A DNA stretch of 61,430 bases, the filler included. It is 10 parts of 10 records of this genome, joined end to end, with 100 filler letters (N's around TTAATTAATTAA, not from the genome) between each part and the next. Parts side by side here need not be neighbours in the genome. Positions count along the whole stretch, not along the records: positions 10,007 to 13,602 come from SRR7504441_2623; positions 13,703 to 16,894 come from SRR7504441_2635; positions 16,995 to 28,684 come from SRR7504441_2636; 7 more parts are not named here. One strand, 5' to 3'. A program made the position numbers and the translations under genes. This document shows positions 11,031-21,267 of this stretch, piece by piece. Positions within the stretch are counted from its first letter, which is position 1. The number at the start of each line of letters is the position of its first letter. The notes under the pieces were generated by a model that saw only the letters and a list, made by a program, of their open reading frames with translations, ran no database searches and was not told where the DNA came from.

Positions 11031-13460
11031 CTACACACACGCGCCCGAAGGTGTCGCATGGCCATCGCGCATGACCCTTGCAATCACCACACCGCCCGGA
11101 CCAACAACACAGACGAGCACGAGGGGTTCAGTTGCACCCGGCGCCAGCCACGTCACACTGATATGCTCGCCTGGAGTGCCGATTGCCGTGACAGAGCAAG
11201 CACTGTTGGCTCCTGAGTGTGAGGCTGTCAAATCCCTGAATCTCGAATTCGAGACGGGCACCCACTTGTTGGTCTCCCCGAGCAGAGTCCAGCCATTGGG
11301 CAGCACAGGCGCAGACGCCCAGAGGCCAAAGTCCCACAGCCCGCACTTCTCGAGCCTGATCTTGGGAGACCGTGTGAGGCGGTCGGTTGCATTGGCTTCG
11401 TAGCTCACATAGGCTCCCTCAAGCCCTAGATCGCTGCCCAAATCCAACTGATAGTCCAGCGTCAGGTTGGCAACCAGCGTGACTGCGAATCTGCGGCTGC
11501 TGAGGACTGTGTATGTCGCCCAGATCTCGCTGTGGCTGCAGTCGATGGTCTTGAAGGCACGCGCCATGTGCAGCGAATCGATGAGCATCGCTGGCTTGTC
11601 GCCCTGCAGCAGGCGTCCATCCGCAGCGCAAGACTTCAGAATGAGAGAGGCGTCCGAGCGCCCAATCTTGTCACTGGGCGCGACAGGACCTTTACTAAGG
11701 GTGGACACTGCCGCCTGGAGCCGGTTGTATGGCTCTGAGATGGTGTTGTGGTCGTCATATGCAGATCCGGTCTGCACATCCGTTGACCAGAAATTATCCT
11801 GCAAGCAAACACAGTCAGCAAGCAAGCAGTGCCGCATCATTATAACCTTAGTCGGTGCGATGCCTAAGGCCCATGTGAACATGCCAGTGCCACCAAGTTG
11901 TTGCCACTGATCGGCGTGACCTGCGTGATAGTCCACACTGGCCCGAGCATTGGTGACTGCAGAAAACTCGACCGACTGCATGATGTGACGAGGGTAGGCC
12001 ATGCAGTACTGGATTGTCAAATCATTCCGTGCCGCAGCTGCTGCCATCTGGTGCAGCCACGTGCGGCCGGCCGTGGCGTTGGTATTCAGGTGCACCACAG
12101 AATCATACTCTGTCAACAGCCAGTCCTGTTCGTAGGTATGCAGACCCCACTTTGAGGCGTTGTATAACAGATCGTCCCAAAACCGCTGCTCCGTTGGCCA
12201 CGCAAAGTCCTTGAACTGTGGATTATCCGCCTTACGCTCGACGATAAAGTCGTAGCTGCCACCATTTGCAGTGGCGTACGAGTTGTCGACAGCCCAATAC
12301 CGGTTGTGGCCAACAATCGGCCAGCCAGTGGCATTGCGGACGTAATCGTTGCCATGTGGGAAGACGTCCGGCCGGCCGACCCAGTTCGTCACGCCGCCGC
12401 CAACCCCTTGGAAGTACCACCAGCTGTCCAAAAGGATATACTTGTAGGGAATCTGCTCAGCATCTGCATACTTTTTGACATCTATCAACGTCTCCTCATA
12501 AGTCTTGCCTGGCGTATATGGCGGTCCTCTCTGCGGCGCATGCCCCTCAGTCTGGTAGTAATAGAATGCGCCATTGTCAGTCGAGTAGCCCAAATACTGC
12601 AGTGCATAGTCGGAGGAGTATGTGGCTGTACGGCTCTTGCCATAGCGCCCCAGCAATACGTCGCCCCAGTTCTCAAAGGCTCGATTCACGCCCCCTGCCG
12701 GGCTCGCCACAATCGCATAGGACAGTGAGTAGCCTGGAGGCAAAGAAGTCACGGAGCCCTGGAGGCCGTAGGCCACACTGTCGCCACGCATTGCAGCACT
12801 GGCGACCATAAACTGGCTGAACGACGAAATAACCACGCTTTCAGAGAGATCAGCGCTGAAGTGGCAGACAGGCCCAAACCCGTTAACACCGAACAGGTCG
12901 TACGGCACGCCGTCCTGCTGGTATGTGGCATTCAGCGCCCCCGTGCCGTGCTGGAAGGCCGAGCCCGAGTGCCAGCCCGCGAAGGCCAGGTATCCGCGGT
13001 CCGCCGGGTAGCTGCTCGCAGCAAAGGAAGGGAAGCCGGTGCTCACGTGGTCCCGGCCGGCCATCGGGTTGGTCGCATTGAGCGCGGTGCCCTCTACACC
13101 CTTGGGGAAGGTCTGCGTGAACACGATGACGCCGTCGTATTCCCGGAAGCTCGTGAGGAACCTACCGCCGTCCCAGGAGAGGGTGCTGCTCGTGTAATGG
13201 CCGGAGGCGTCCATCCCGTCGCCCGTGGTCAGCGAGTCCAGTGGCAGGCTCCCGTCTGCGCTGCTGAGCGTCTTGCTCTGGCTGGTGTAAAAGGTGGCGG
13301 CGCTGCGGAACCAGGCGGCGCCCCCGAGCCAGACTGTGTAGGCTCCGTCACTCGTCACATCCAACGAGAGCCCTTTGTGCAGGGGGGCGCTCTCCGAGAG
13401 GCCGACTGCCGATAGCAGAGCCAAGGCGGCCAGCATTGTCTTGGCGACGCCCCGATGCAT
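11031..13460 (-). CDS. Secreted glycoside-hydrolase-like protein (uncharacterised family resembling clan GH-D); in-frame intron 11799-11846
   Basis: Signal peptide; LGYSTDNGAFYYY, IPYKYILLDSWWY, YEQDWL, IQYCM, ARASVDY. Removing a 48-nt GT-AG intron with a CTGAC branch site gives APTK|DNFWS. Confidence 0.65.
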   Translation of the reverse strand: MHRGVAKTMLAALALLSAVGLSESAPLHKGLSLDVTSDGAYTVWLGGAAWFRSAATFYTSQSKTLSSADGSLPLDSLTTGDGMDASGHYTSSTLSWDGGRFLTSFREYDGVIVFTQTFPKGVEGTALNATNPMAGRDHVSTGFPSFAASSYPADRGYLAFAGWHSGSAFQHGTGALNATYQQDGVPYDLFGVNGFGPVCHFSADLSESVVISSFSQFMVASAAMRGDSVAYGLQGSVTSLPPGYSLSYAIVASPAGGVNRAFENWGDVLLGRYGKSRTATYSSDYALQYLGYSTDNGAFYYYQTEGHAPQRGPPYTPGKTYEETLIDVKKYADAEQIPYKYILLDSWWYFQGVGGGVTNWVGRPDVFPHGNDYVRNATGWPIVGHNRYWAVDNSYATANGGSYDFIVERKADNPQFKDFAWPTEQRFWDDLLYNASKWGLHTYEQDWLLTEYDSVVHLNTNATAGRTWLHQMAAAAARNDLTIQYCMAYPRHIMQSVEFSAVTNARASVDYHAGHADQWQQLGGTGMFTWALGIAPTKVIMMRHCLLADCVCLQDNFWSTDVQTGSAYDDHNTISEPYNRLQAAVSTLSKGPVAPSDKIGRSDASLILKSCAADGRLLQGDKPAMLIDSLHMARAFKTIDCSHSEIWATYTVLSSRRFAVTLVANLTLDYQLDLGSDLGLEGAYVSYEANATDRLTRSPKIRLEKCGLWDFGLWASAPVLPNGWTLLGETNKWVPVSNSRFRDLTASHSGANSACSVTAIGTPGEHISVTWLAPGATEPLVLVCVVGPGGVVIARVMRDGHATPSGACV

Positions 13461-13905
13461 TCCGGATCCGAGTGCCACCCGATTTTATAACGGCAATCAT
13501 CTGAGATGAAGCCAGCATCCTAGCCAGCATGCCTGACCTTTTGGCGCAGTTGGACGACCACGTGCTCACCCGGTGCGTCCACCGGCTTCCAGTGCACCCC
13601 GGNNNNNNNNNNNNNNNNNNNNNNNNNNNNNNNNNNNNNNNNNNNNTTAATTAATTAANNNNNNNNNNNNNNNNNNNNNNNNNNNNNNNNNNNNNNNNNN
13701 NNGTTCAACAGACTGAGCTGCCTGGACCAGCTGGCCCGGCTGACTGGGCTGCGGTGGGCCATAAGTCGGCCGGGCGTCGGGAGACTGGGGGCAGGCGGCT
13801 GAATGTGTCCACAACGTGGTCGAGTCGCTGGTGCTACACGTACGCTGGTGCAGCCGTTTTACAAGCCTTGCGTTTGAAATACGACTTTTCGAGCACGCTT
13901 CTTCG

Positions 13906-15065
13906 ATGGCCATGGCAAACATCTTCGTGGCACTGAGTCTGGCAGCTGGCGCAGCCGGCTCGCTCTCCTGCCTGGACAACAACGGCGAGCAAACCCCGTG
14001 GTTCTTCATGTACAAGATGCCCAACACATTCGACTACGCCTATGTGGACGCTTCGAGCAAGTCTACGCCCACCCTGCAGCTGTTTGAGTACACCATGGAC
14101 AACCGGGATCACCCGAGCGCGCTCACCCAAACCCTGATGGCCCTGGCCAACAAGCAGCCACTGGGCAACGAGCAGGTGAACGCCACCACCGGCAACCAGT
14201 ACTTGCTTTACAACGACCAGCCGCCGACGGGGAGCGGCTCTGATACATACGGTCATTCAAAGGGCGTGCTGGCCGCTAGCAGCACCGGAGCCGGGCTCTG
14301 GCTGCTCCACTCGACCCCGCACTTCCCGTCGGCTTCCGGCGATGCGCAATTCTGGTGCGGCTGGCTAAGCCTCTGCCTAAGCCCGGGTATGAAGGTTCCC
14401 CGAATCGGAGACCAAGTTTGGCCAGACCTTCTTCTGCATCTCGCTGGACGCGTCGGACCTGAACAAGGTGGGTGAGCTGATGCTCTATAACCGGCCCAAC
14501 ATCTACAGCAACAAGTTCACAAGCCGCACGCTCGAAAAACTCCCAGCGGTCAAGAGCGCCATCGCCGGAGACTGGAACACGACCGCCGGCACGCTGACCA
14601 CCAAGCTGGCGAGCAAGTTCACCGCGTTCGGCAAGAACTCGGCGTGGGACAGCGACCTGTACGCTGACCTGATCGCAGTCAAGTTCGATACCGACTTGCT
14701 GGTGAACCGCCCCCTCTTCTCTTCTTCCTCCCCTCCCGTCCCAATCCAGCTTTTAAACAGTTTGTCCGCAGGTGGAGACCTGGATACGCGGCTCGGCCGA
14801 GGGTGCATATTGCAAGCCGCACCGTGTGCTGGACGTGCAGACCCTGAGTGTGGTCGGGCACGGCGGGAGCAACATCACCTGGAAGGAGTCGCAGGACCAC
14901 GCCAAATGGGCCGTCAGTCTTGGGTCTGACTCGCTGCTGTGCGTCGGCGACATCAACAGAATGACCACCCAGCGTAAGAGGGGCGGAGGGGCCATCTGCT
15001 TCTCGGACCGGACCCTTAGCGACGCGCTGTACAACACCGTGATCACTTCAGACACGTGCAAGTGA
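13906..15065 (+). CDS. DNASE2: Deoxyribonuclease II (acid DNase), 2 introns
   Basis: Signal peptide; SCLDNNG..WFFMYKMP, YNDQPP, GHSKG, WLLHSTPHFP, GQTFFCISL, VETW, DHAKW, CVGDINRMTTQRKRGGGAIC. Confidence 0.93.
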
Positions 15066-15079
15066 TCATCAGTCAGATC

Positions 15080-15232
15080 ACGACTAGCTCATCGGGCATC
15101 CGGTAGCTTCGCATTGGGATCCTAATCTTGGCCGATGAGCTAGTCGTATTGCATATGCGATCCTAATCTGAGACGTATTGCTTGCCGGGCTTATCTGAGA
15201 CGTCTGAATAAATATAGGATCGCATATGCAAT
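15080..15232. repeat. Two adjacent perfect inverted repeats (16-bp and 18-bp arms)
   Basis: ACGACTAGCTCATCGG (15080-15095) pairs with CCGATGAGCTAGTCGT (15132-15147). ATTGCATATGCGATCCTA (15148-15165) pairs with TAGGATCGCATATGCAAT (15215-15232). Confidence 0.9.
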
Positions 15233-15396
15233 TGCGATTACGCTCGAGTATGTACGGTTCATTTCGGAAATAACATTAGTTTAAATTACTTTGTAAGCTT
15301 GGCGGTGCTAAATAACATTGTGCTCACGAGCACCTCTGAGCGCTCTGAGCAATGAGCTTTCTGAGCTAAAGAACATGATTATATGGTTGGGTGCCC

Positions 15397-16894
15397 TCAC
15401 TGCGGGTCTTCAATGCTGGCGGCGAGTGCGTTGAGCTGGTCCATGTCCAAGCTGATGCTCGCAGTCAGCCCCTGGCACTCTGGCAGCGCCGTCCCTTGGC
15501 TCAGGCTGGGCAGCCGCACGTTCCTGGCCATCAGCGCCTCCCAGTCGATCTGGTCGAAGAACGGCTCGGCCTTGATCGACTGAGCGTCGGCCAGCCTCAG
15601 CTCGGGGTCCTTGACCAGCAGCCGCGAGACCAGCTGCTCGGCTGCTGGCTCCATCCCTCCAGGCAGCTCCAGCTCTGAGAACGCTATTCCCATCATCAGC
15701 TCGCGCGGCTGCTCTTCAGCCCCCCCAAACGGCATCAACCTGCCCGTGGCTGGACCGCCGGCCGGCGCGAGCGGCACCCGGTGACCATCTCGTAAAGGCA
15801 GCAGCCGGCTGACCACCAGTCGGAGGCTTCAGTTGCCGTCTGGGTCAGAATCATCTGCCGCCGCTTGGCTCGGGCTGGCCGGGCCGGCACCTCCGGGGGC
15901 ATGTAGGCCATGGTGCCGCACAGCCTGTTGTCGTTGTGCCCGGCCCGCTTGGCCAGCCCGAGGTCGCCCAGATGGACAAACCCCTCGCTATCCTGCCCAG
16001 CCGTCCAGCCAGCCGCCAGACCCGCCCGGCACCATCAGAATATCTGCCCTGCCGGTCAGCGCGGGCCCGGGCGGCTGGCTCACTCTCTGGCTTGACGTCC
16101 CGGTGTATGATGCCCATCGAATGCAGGTACTCGAGCGCAAGCACCAGCTGCGCAAAGTAGAGCGGCGCGTTTGCCTTGACCACGGGGTCGTGCTTCATCA
16201 GCCCGGCGAACATAGGCCCGGAGCAGTACTCGAACAGCAGCACCCGGTCAGCCCCCTCGTCAAACCCCTCCAGCAGCTTGACCACAAACGGGTGCTGAAG
16301 CGCCAGCCGCTCTTGGATCGCCAGCGCGTACGTGTCCTGCCAGCCCCCGATCCCCCCGGGCTGCTGGCCGGCGCACGTTGGGCCTGACGCGCTTCATGGT
16401 CATCAATTCGCTGGTGCCCCTCTCCTTGACGCAGAGCACCCGGCCGAACCCGCCCCGGCCCACCCGGCGCACGAACTCAAACCGCTCCGGGATCTGCGGC
16501 GCACAGTGGGCCCGGCCGCCTGGGCGGGCACCTCGATCCCGCGCGGCGCCACGAACTCGCGCGCCTTGTCCTCGGCCCAGGCCTGGTCGAGCGATTGGTC
16601 CGGCTGGCTCTTGGCAGAGATCAGGTCGGCCAGCTCGGCCACGCCTACAGGCCCGCCCTCCGGCTGCTCGGCCAGCACCGACTCGCGGAACGACTCGTGC
16701 CGGCGCTCTGAGAATGCCCGGCAGTGCCCGAGGCCCGTTCCGCGGCGCGGGGCGGCCAGCAGCGCACGCCTGAACGAGCCGTTCAGGGCGGCGACTGCTG
16801 CAGCCATTGGACAGGCTCGTTGCTCGAACAGCTCCTGATAGTTGACGACACACCGCATCGACAGGCAGCTGCGTGCCTTGCGGAACTCACCCAC
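15397..16894 (-). CDS. AGC-like Ser/Thr protein kinase (5' truncated), about 6 introns including an 11-nt microexon
   Basis: Spliced: VGRGGFGRV, HPFVVKL, LEYLHSMGIIHRDVKPE|NILM|DSEGFVHLGDLG, LCGTMAYMPPE, DWWSAGCCLYEM, PFFDQIDW. Confidence 0.88.
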
Positions 16895-16994
16895 NNNNNN
16901 NNNNNNNNNNNNNNNNNNNNNNNNNNNNNNNNNNNNNNTTAATTAATTAANNNNNNNNNNNNNNNNNNNNNNNNNNNNNNNNNNNNNNNNNNNN

Positions 16995-17427
16995 GGTCTG
17001 TATGCTGTTTCAAGTTGAAATCATGCTCGTCTCCACCCGGAGCCGCGACTGGGTCCAGGTTGTCCGTTGGCTGCCACTAGCCGACTGTAGCTTGGAAGGT
17101 GATCGAGTGTTCGGAGCTCTGGCAGCTGCAGCCGTCCGCCCAGCTACAGGTGGGGCACTACCACGAGCGGCACTACGTCTCGGTCCGGACCCCGCTGGCG
17201 CTGGTGACCGGCGGCGGCAGACTGGGCATCCGACAGCGGCTGAGCTGGCCCAAATGGTGGACTATGGGACGCCACGGCGCCGACCTGCTGCGTCGATTGA
17301 CGAGCCTGCGCCTGGAGAGGACTCGGGGCCGCGGAGCACAGAGAGCATGGGCGAGCGGCGCACGTGCGTGTCGGAGTTGTTAGAAGACCACCGTTCCCGC
17401 CGGCGGACTTCGATGGTGCAATTATAG
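16995..17427 (+). CDS. 3' part of a probable OTU-like cysteine protease
   Basis: With two short GT-AG introns it reads LFQVEIMLVS...WVQ|VIEC...LQVGHYHERHYVS|TGH..., resembling the OTU C-terminal strand and His (HY) motif. Confidence 0.5.
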
Positions 17428-17688
17428 TCCTTCAATTTAATTAATATTGTCGTGTTGTAGTTAGTTGCAATGCACGTTGATTAAGCCTCTAGCGCAGCTT
17501 TTCATAGCTCGATTGGGCTGCTGCTCTCCAAGTCTCCCCCAAAGCCGGTGAGCACGTCTCAAATCTAATTTGATTCTCCTACTACTACGTAGTGCCCCCA
17601 GGTGAATCGCTTGTTTGCTCTACATAAGAAGTATTGGACCCATCTAGTTTAGGCATGCCCCCCCTCCGTCCGCCATCCACTACGGCCG

Positions 17689-18227
17689 TCATCCTTTACT
17701 CCGCGCTACGAACCTCCGCAGCTCTTTAAGGATCGCGGTATCCAGCTCGGCTGGCGTTGGCCTAGTCCCCGCTACGATGTTCATCAGGAACCAGTCGTCG
17801 CATTGCAGCAACCTGCGCCGCCGTCCCCCCCCCTCCCCCGCCACTCGCCTGTCGAACTGACACATCTCCTCTTCGCTCATCGAATCCAACCGCGTGCTGA
17901 CAAAGGGCAGCAGCATCTGCTCCGTCTCGACCCAGCCTGCCCCGGCTCCCGCCTCCCCTACAGCCCGCCACCCCGCTTGCTCGCCGCCCATCGCAGCCGC
18001 TTCCGTTGCCGCTCGGGCGGCTCTGCGCCCACCGGCCGGTCCTCCTTCTGCTGGTTTGTCTTCAGGTTCATGTTTAGCTCTCGCCAGTGCGCCTCGGGGT
18101 AGGGCTGGATCCGCTCCCCGGGGAGCCGGCGGCGCTGTGCGAACGCACTAGAATGGTACCCGGGGTCCCACTCGCGCCCCGAGCTCAGCCTCCGGACTAT
18201 CGCCATCCGCACCGAGCCCCGGTGCAT
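17689..18227 (-). CDS. SDHAF2: Succinate dehydrogenase assembly factor 2 (Sdh5/SdhE family), 2 introns (one probably GC-AG)
   Basis: Arg/Ser-rich transit-peptide-like start; RKRLRWAASKRG|WVETEQML, MSEEEMCQFDR|LLQCDDWFL, PTPAELDTAIL. Confidence 0.82.
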
Positions 18228-18466
18228 CTGGCGGTGATTAGCTGCTGCTGCGACTGACCACCCGCCGAAAGGGAGGTTTTTTTTGTCGGCCGGCTGTACG
18301 TCCGGTTTCAATTATTGAGGAGAGTTCAGTGTATAATTGAGCGTTGGTCAGACGAACGGTTGTGGCTCAAGAGCGGCCTGTGCTCGTGCGGGGAGGAGTC
18401 CGTTGCCGCAGCGCACGCGAAGAGGGGATCGCCATCTCTGCAGCGCCCCCCCACGGCCCGATACGG

Positions 18467-19714
18467 ATGCCCACCGCACCCGGCGCGCCGCTGACCGGCT
18501 GGGCGGCTCCCTTAGTCCCCCAGGGGCAAGATCCGGGCCCGGTTTCGGTCCGCCCTCTCGTTCCCCCACCGCAGTCCAAGAGCCAGCAGCGACTGGCGCC
18601 CCAGGAGTCGTTGGCCTCAGATCAGACCAAGCCGGCCTTTGCCGAGCCCGCCGAGCCGGGCAAGACGACCCTGAGCAAGCTGCTCGCCGCCTCCAAGCCG
18701 GGCGATCTGGTCTTCATCGAGAAGCCCGACCGCTGCTGCCCGATCGCCGACCGGCTCTGGTGCGCCGCCCCCGAACGGTTCGCCAGGGTGGGTCTGGTCT
18801 TCCACGGCGCCTCGGTGGTCCCGGCACGACTCAACGGGGGCGACGGGCTGGCGCTGATCGAGATCGAGGCCCCGCACTTGCTAGATTCGGGCGATGGCCC
18901 AGCCGGCCCACTGGAGCAACGGCTGCGGGCGGCATTGGGCCAAGGCACCCGGGTGTTCTGGCGGGCTGTGAGCCGACCGGCCCTGAGAGGCGAGCCGGTG
19001 GGACGAGATGGAGTCATGCCCAAGATTGTGCCCAGACGAGTACGAGCCTTGGGTGGCTCGAGCAGGTTCGATATGCCCGGTGGCTTCGACTGGGAAGCCC
19101 CGCACGCCGAGGTGCTCACCGCCGGCTGCCACGAGTCCGCCCGGCTGCCGCTGACGGCCAACGTGTTTGGGCCGCGCTCGGACGAGGCTTCAGTCGCGAT
19201 CGGCAAGTTGCGTGATTGGGTATCAACCACTCACACGGGCGTGCCCTGCAAGCAGCTGAGAGAGCCGCTGAGCTTCCGCGAGTGGAGTCAGGCGTGCGTG
19301 GGCCAGCTGTCGCAGTCTGGGCTCCGGGGGGGCTTGCTTGGGCCTTGCGCCGACTGTCTCGATTGTCTAGATAAGCAAAAAGAGCGAGAGATCACCGGGC
19401 CTGGTCTGCTAGCGCATCAGATGCTCCGCGCCGGCTGGCGGAACGGGGCGGTTCCGAGTGAAAGGTTCAAGCCGGCTGACTTCGCGGAGGGCTCGGACCA
19501 GCTGCTCCGGGCCGACTTGGCCCAAGGAGTCGAGTTTGGGCCGATGGTCCGAGTGTATCTCAACCAGTCCGAGATCATGCAAGAGCTTGGTGGATGCCCC
19601 TCCGACCTGGAGCCGGAAGAGGAGCTGCCCCCGACTGAAGAGACCCCGCTGTTCCAGCGCGTGACGGCCTCGCAGCGGCGGAGCAGCACGAGGGCTCGAG
19701 ATTATAGCAACTGA
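18467..19714 (+). CDS. Hypothetical protein, possibly a degenerate permuted NlpC/P60 (YiiX-like) fold
   Basis: Long intronless ORF. KPGDLVFI...FARVGLV and GPGLLAHQMLRAGW...PSERFKPADF...GVEFGP echo GDxxxF..H-V-G and CSELVA..G..P.DF, but the catalytic His and Cys are absent. Confidence 0.45.
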   Translation: MPTAPGAPLTGWAAPLVPQGQDPGPVSVRPLVPPPQSKSQQRLAPQESLASDQTKPAFAEPAEPGKTTLSKLLAASKPGDLVFIEKPDRCCPIADRLWCAAPERFARVGLVFHGASVVPARLNGGDGLALIEIEAPHLLDSGDGPAGPLEQRLRAALGQGTRVFWRAVSRPALRGEPVGRDGVMPKIVPRRVRALGGSSRFDMPGGFDWEAPHAEVLTAGCHESARLPLTANVFGPRSDEASVAIGKLRDWVSTTHTGVPCKQLREPLSFREWSQACVGQLSQSGLRGGLLGPCADCLDCLDKQKEREITGPGLLAHQMLRAGWRNGAVPSERFKPADFAEGSDQLLRADLAQGVEFGPMVRVYLNQSEIMQELGGCPSDLEPEEELPPTEETPLFQRVTASQRRSSTRARDYSN

Positions 19715-19996
19715 TTCAGTGTCGACCGATGGCAAACATTCAGGTCGACGCATATATTTCAAAGTATATTTAGTATAGAATACGAGTCGGCCGCATGCGT
19801 ATAGATACGTGTAGTGTACTTTAAGAGGAGTTTGATAGTTATGCATGGTAGGCTTGCTTGCAAGCACAAAAATACATGTAATGATACTCGTAAGCACTGA
19901 CGAGTAAGCCTATAGATACGTAAGTAACACTCTCGCAACCGCCGTTAGAGGTCACAATCACGGACCGCGAGATGCCACACCACCAAACCGGCGAGA

Positions 19997-21182
19997 TCAG
20001 CGCTTGAAGCCTAGCGGCGGGGTGCCCGGGCTGGTGTCTCGGGAGCTCCAAGCTTGCTTAGTATCAGGCTTGAGCACTTCAAACGAGGCTTGAAGATTCG
20101 AATCAAACGACATCATCGCCCCGCTGTTGTCAAACTCGCCGCAATAATTGGGCGCCGAGAACAGCGTCACCTGCCCGGGCTCGCCCGCGCCCGGCCTGGT
20201 GGCCCGGACCAGCTGCCTTTGGCTGCCCAGGAACTCGAACCCATCTTCCACGACCTGGCGGACGCTCAAGGCTCGAGCCCCACCCACCGCACCTGGTGGG
20301 CTCGCACCAGCAGCTCCAGGTTGTTGGTCCGCAGGAACTTGTTAACCTCATCCGGCCCGAACGTGTATGACACCCCGCGCTCATTGTCTCCCCAGCTGCC
20401 ACGCAGCTCGCCCGAGCCGAGCGGCCGTACTCACCCGGACAGCTTGGCGTCCGGGTCTGACCATAGCAAGTCGCACACGAGCCCCGAGTCCGGCACCCCG
20501 CACGGCCGACTGATCGCTGCGATCTGGTCGAGATTGTGCAAGTCTGGAGACAGCCCTCCGTGGATGCAGAAACACACCTCGTCTATCAGCGCTGCGAGCG
20601 GCAGCACATCGAACAACTCGTTGAACAGCTTCCACAGCTTGTTCGAGAACCTGCGCCCGGCCTTAGCCGGGTGCGGGGGGCGGGCGGTGCCTGCGGTTGC
20701 ACTCCTCGGAGAAGCCGTACAGTCTGTTGATCCCGCTGATCTCGTGGTTGCCCCGAATCATATACAACTTGGTAGGATACTTTATCTTGTACGCCAGCAG
20801 CAGCGCCAGGCAGTCAATCCCCTGCCGGCAGCTCGCCCCGGGCTGCGGTCGGGCCGCACGTTGGGGCCGCGGTCCACGTAGTCGCCCAGGAATAAGTACG
20901 CCTGCTCCGGGGGACTGCCGCCAAACTCGAAGATCCGAAGCAAGTCGTAGAACTGGGCGTGGATGTCCCCGACCAGCTTGATCGGCGCCTGCAGGCTCAG
21001 CAGCGTCGGCTCGCTCGCAAAGATCTCCCGGGCCTGCAGCCCGGTGATGAGCCGGGCCCGGCCGCGGGAGTTACCGTGCTGATCAGGCCGCGGCAGTCGG
21101 CCTCCGTCAGGCTGCTGTGCTGGCCGGGGGGCAGCTCCTTGGCCAGGTTCAGCTCGCTGATCACCCGGTCCACGTCCACCAT
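19997..21182 (-). CDS. Ser/Thr protein phosphatase PP1 catalytic subunit (divergent), 6 introns
   Basis: [59 protein letters not shown]. Confidence 0.93.
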
Positions 21183-21267
21183 CCCGGTCCGTCTCACCCG
21201 GAGAGGTCCTCCGAGCCGCGTCCGATGCCCAACGGATCCCCAACGGATCCGCGATCTCTTTGATTCC

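Noticed and set aside
20959-21267. N-terminal extension of the 1052-aa LRR ORF overlapping PP1
   Set aside because: It relies on a non-ATG start and is antisense to PP1 exons; the signal peptide follows the ATGs at 21268/21289.
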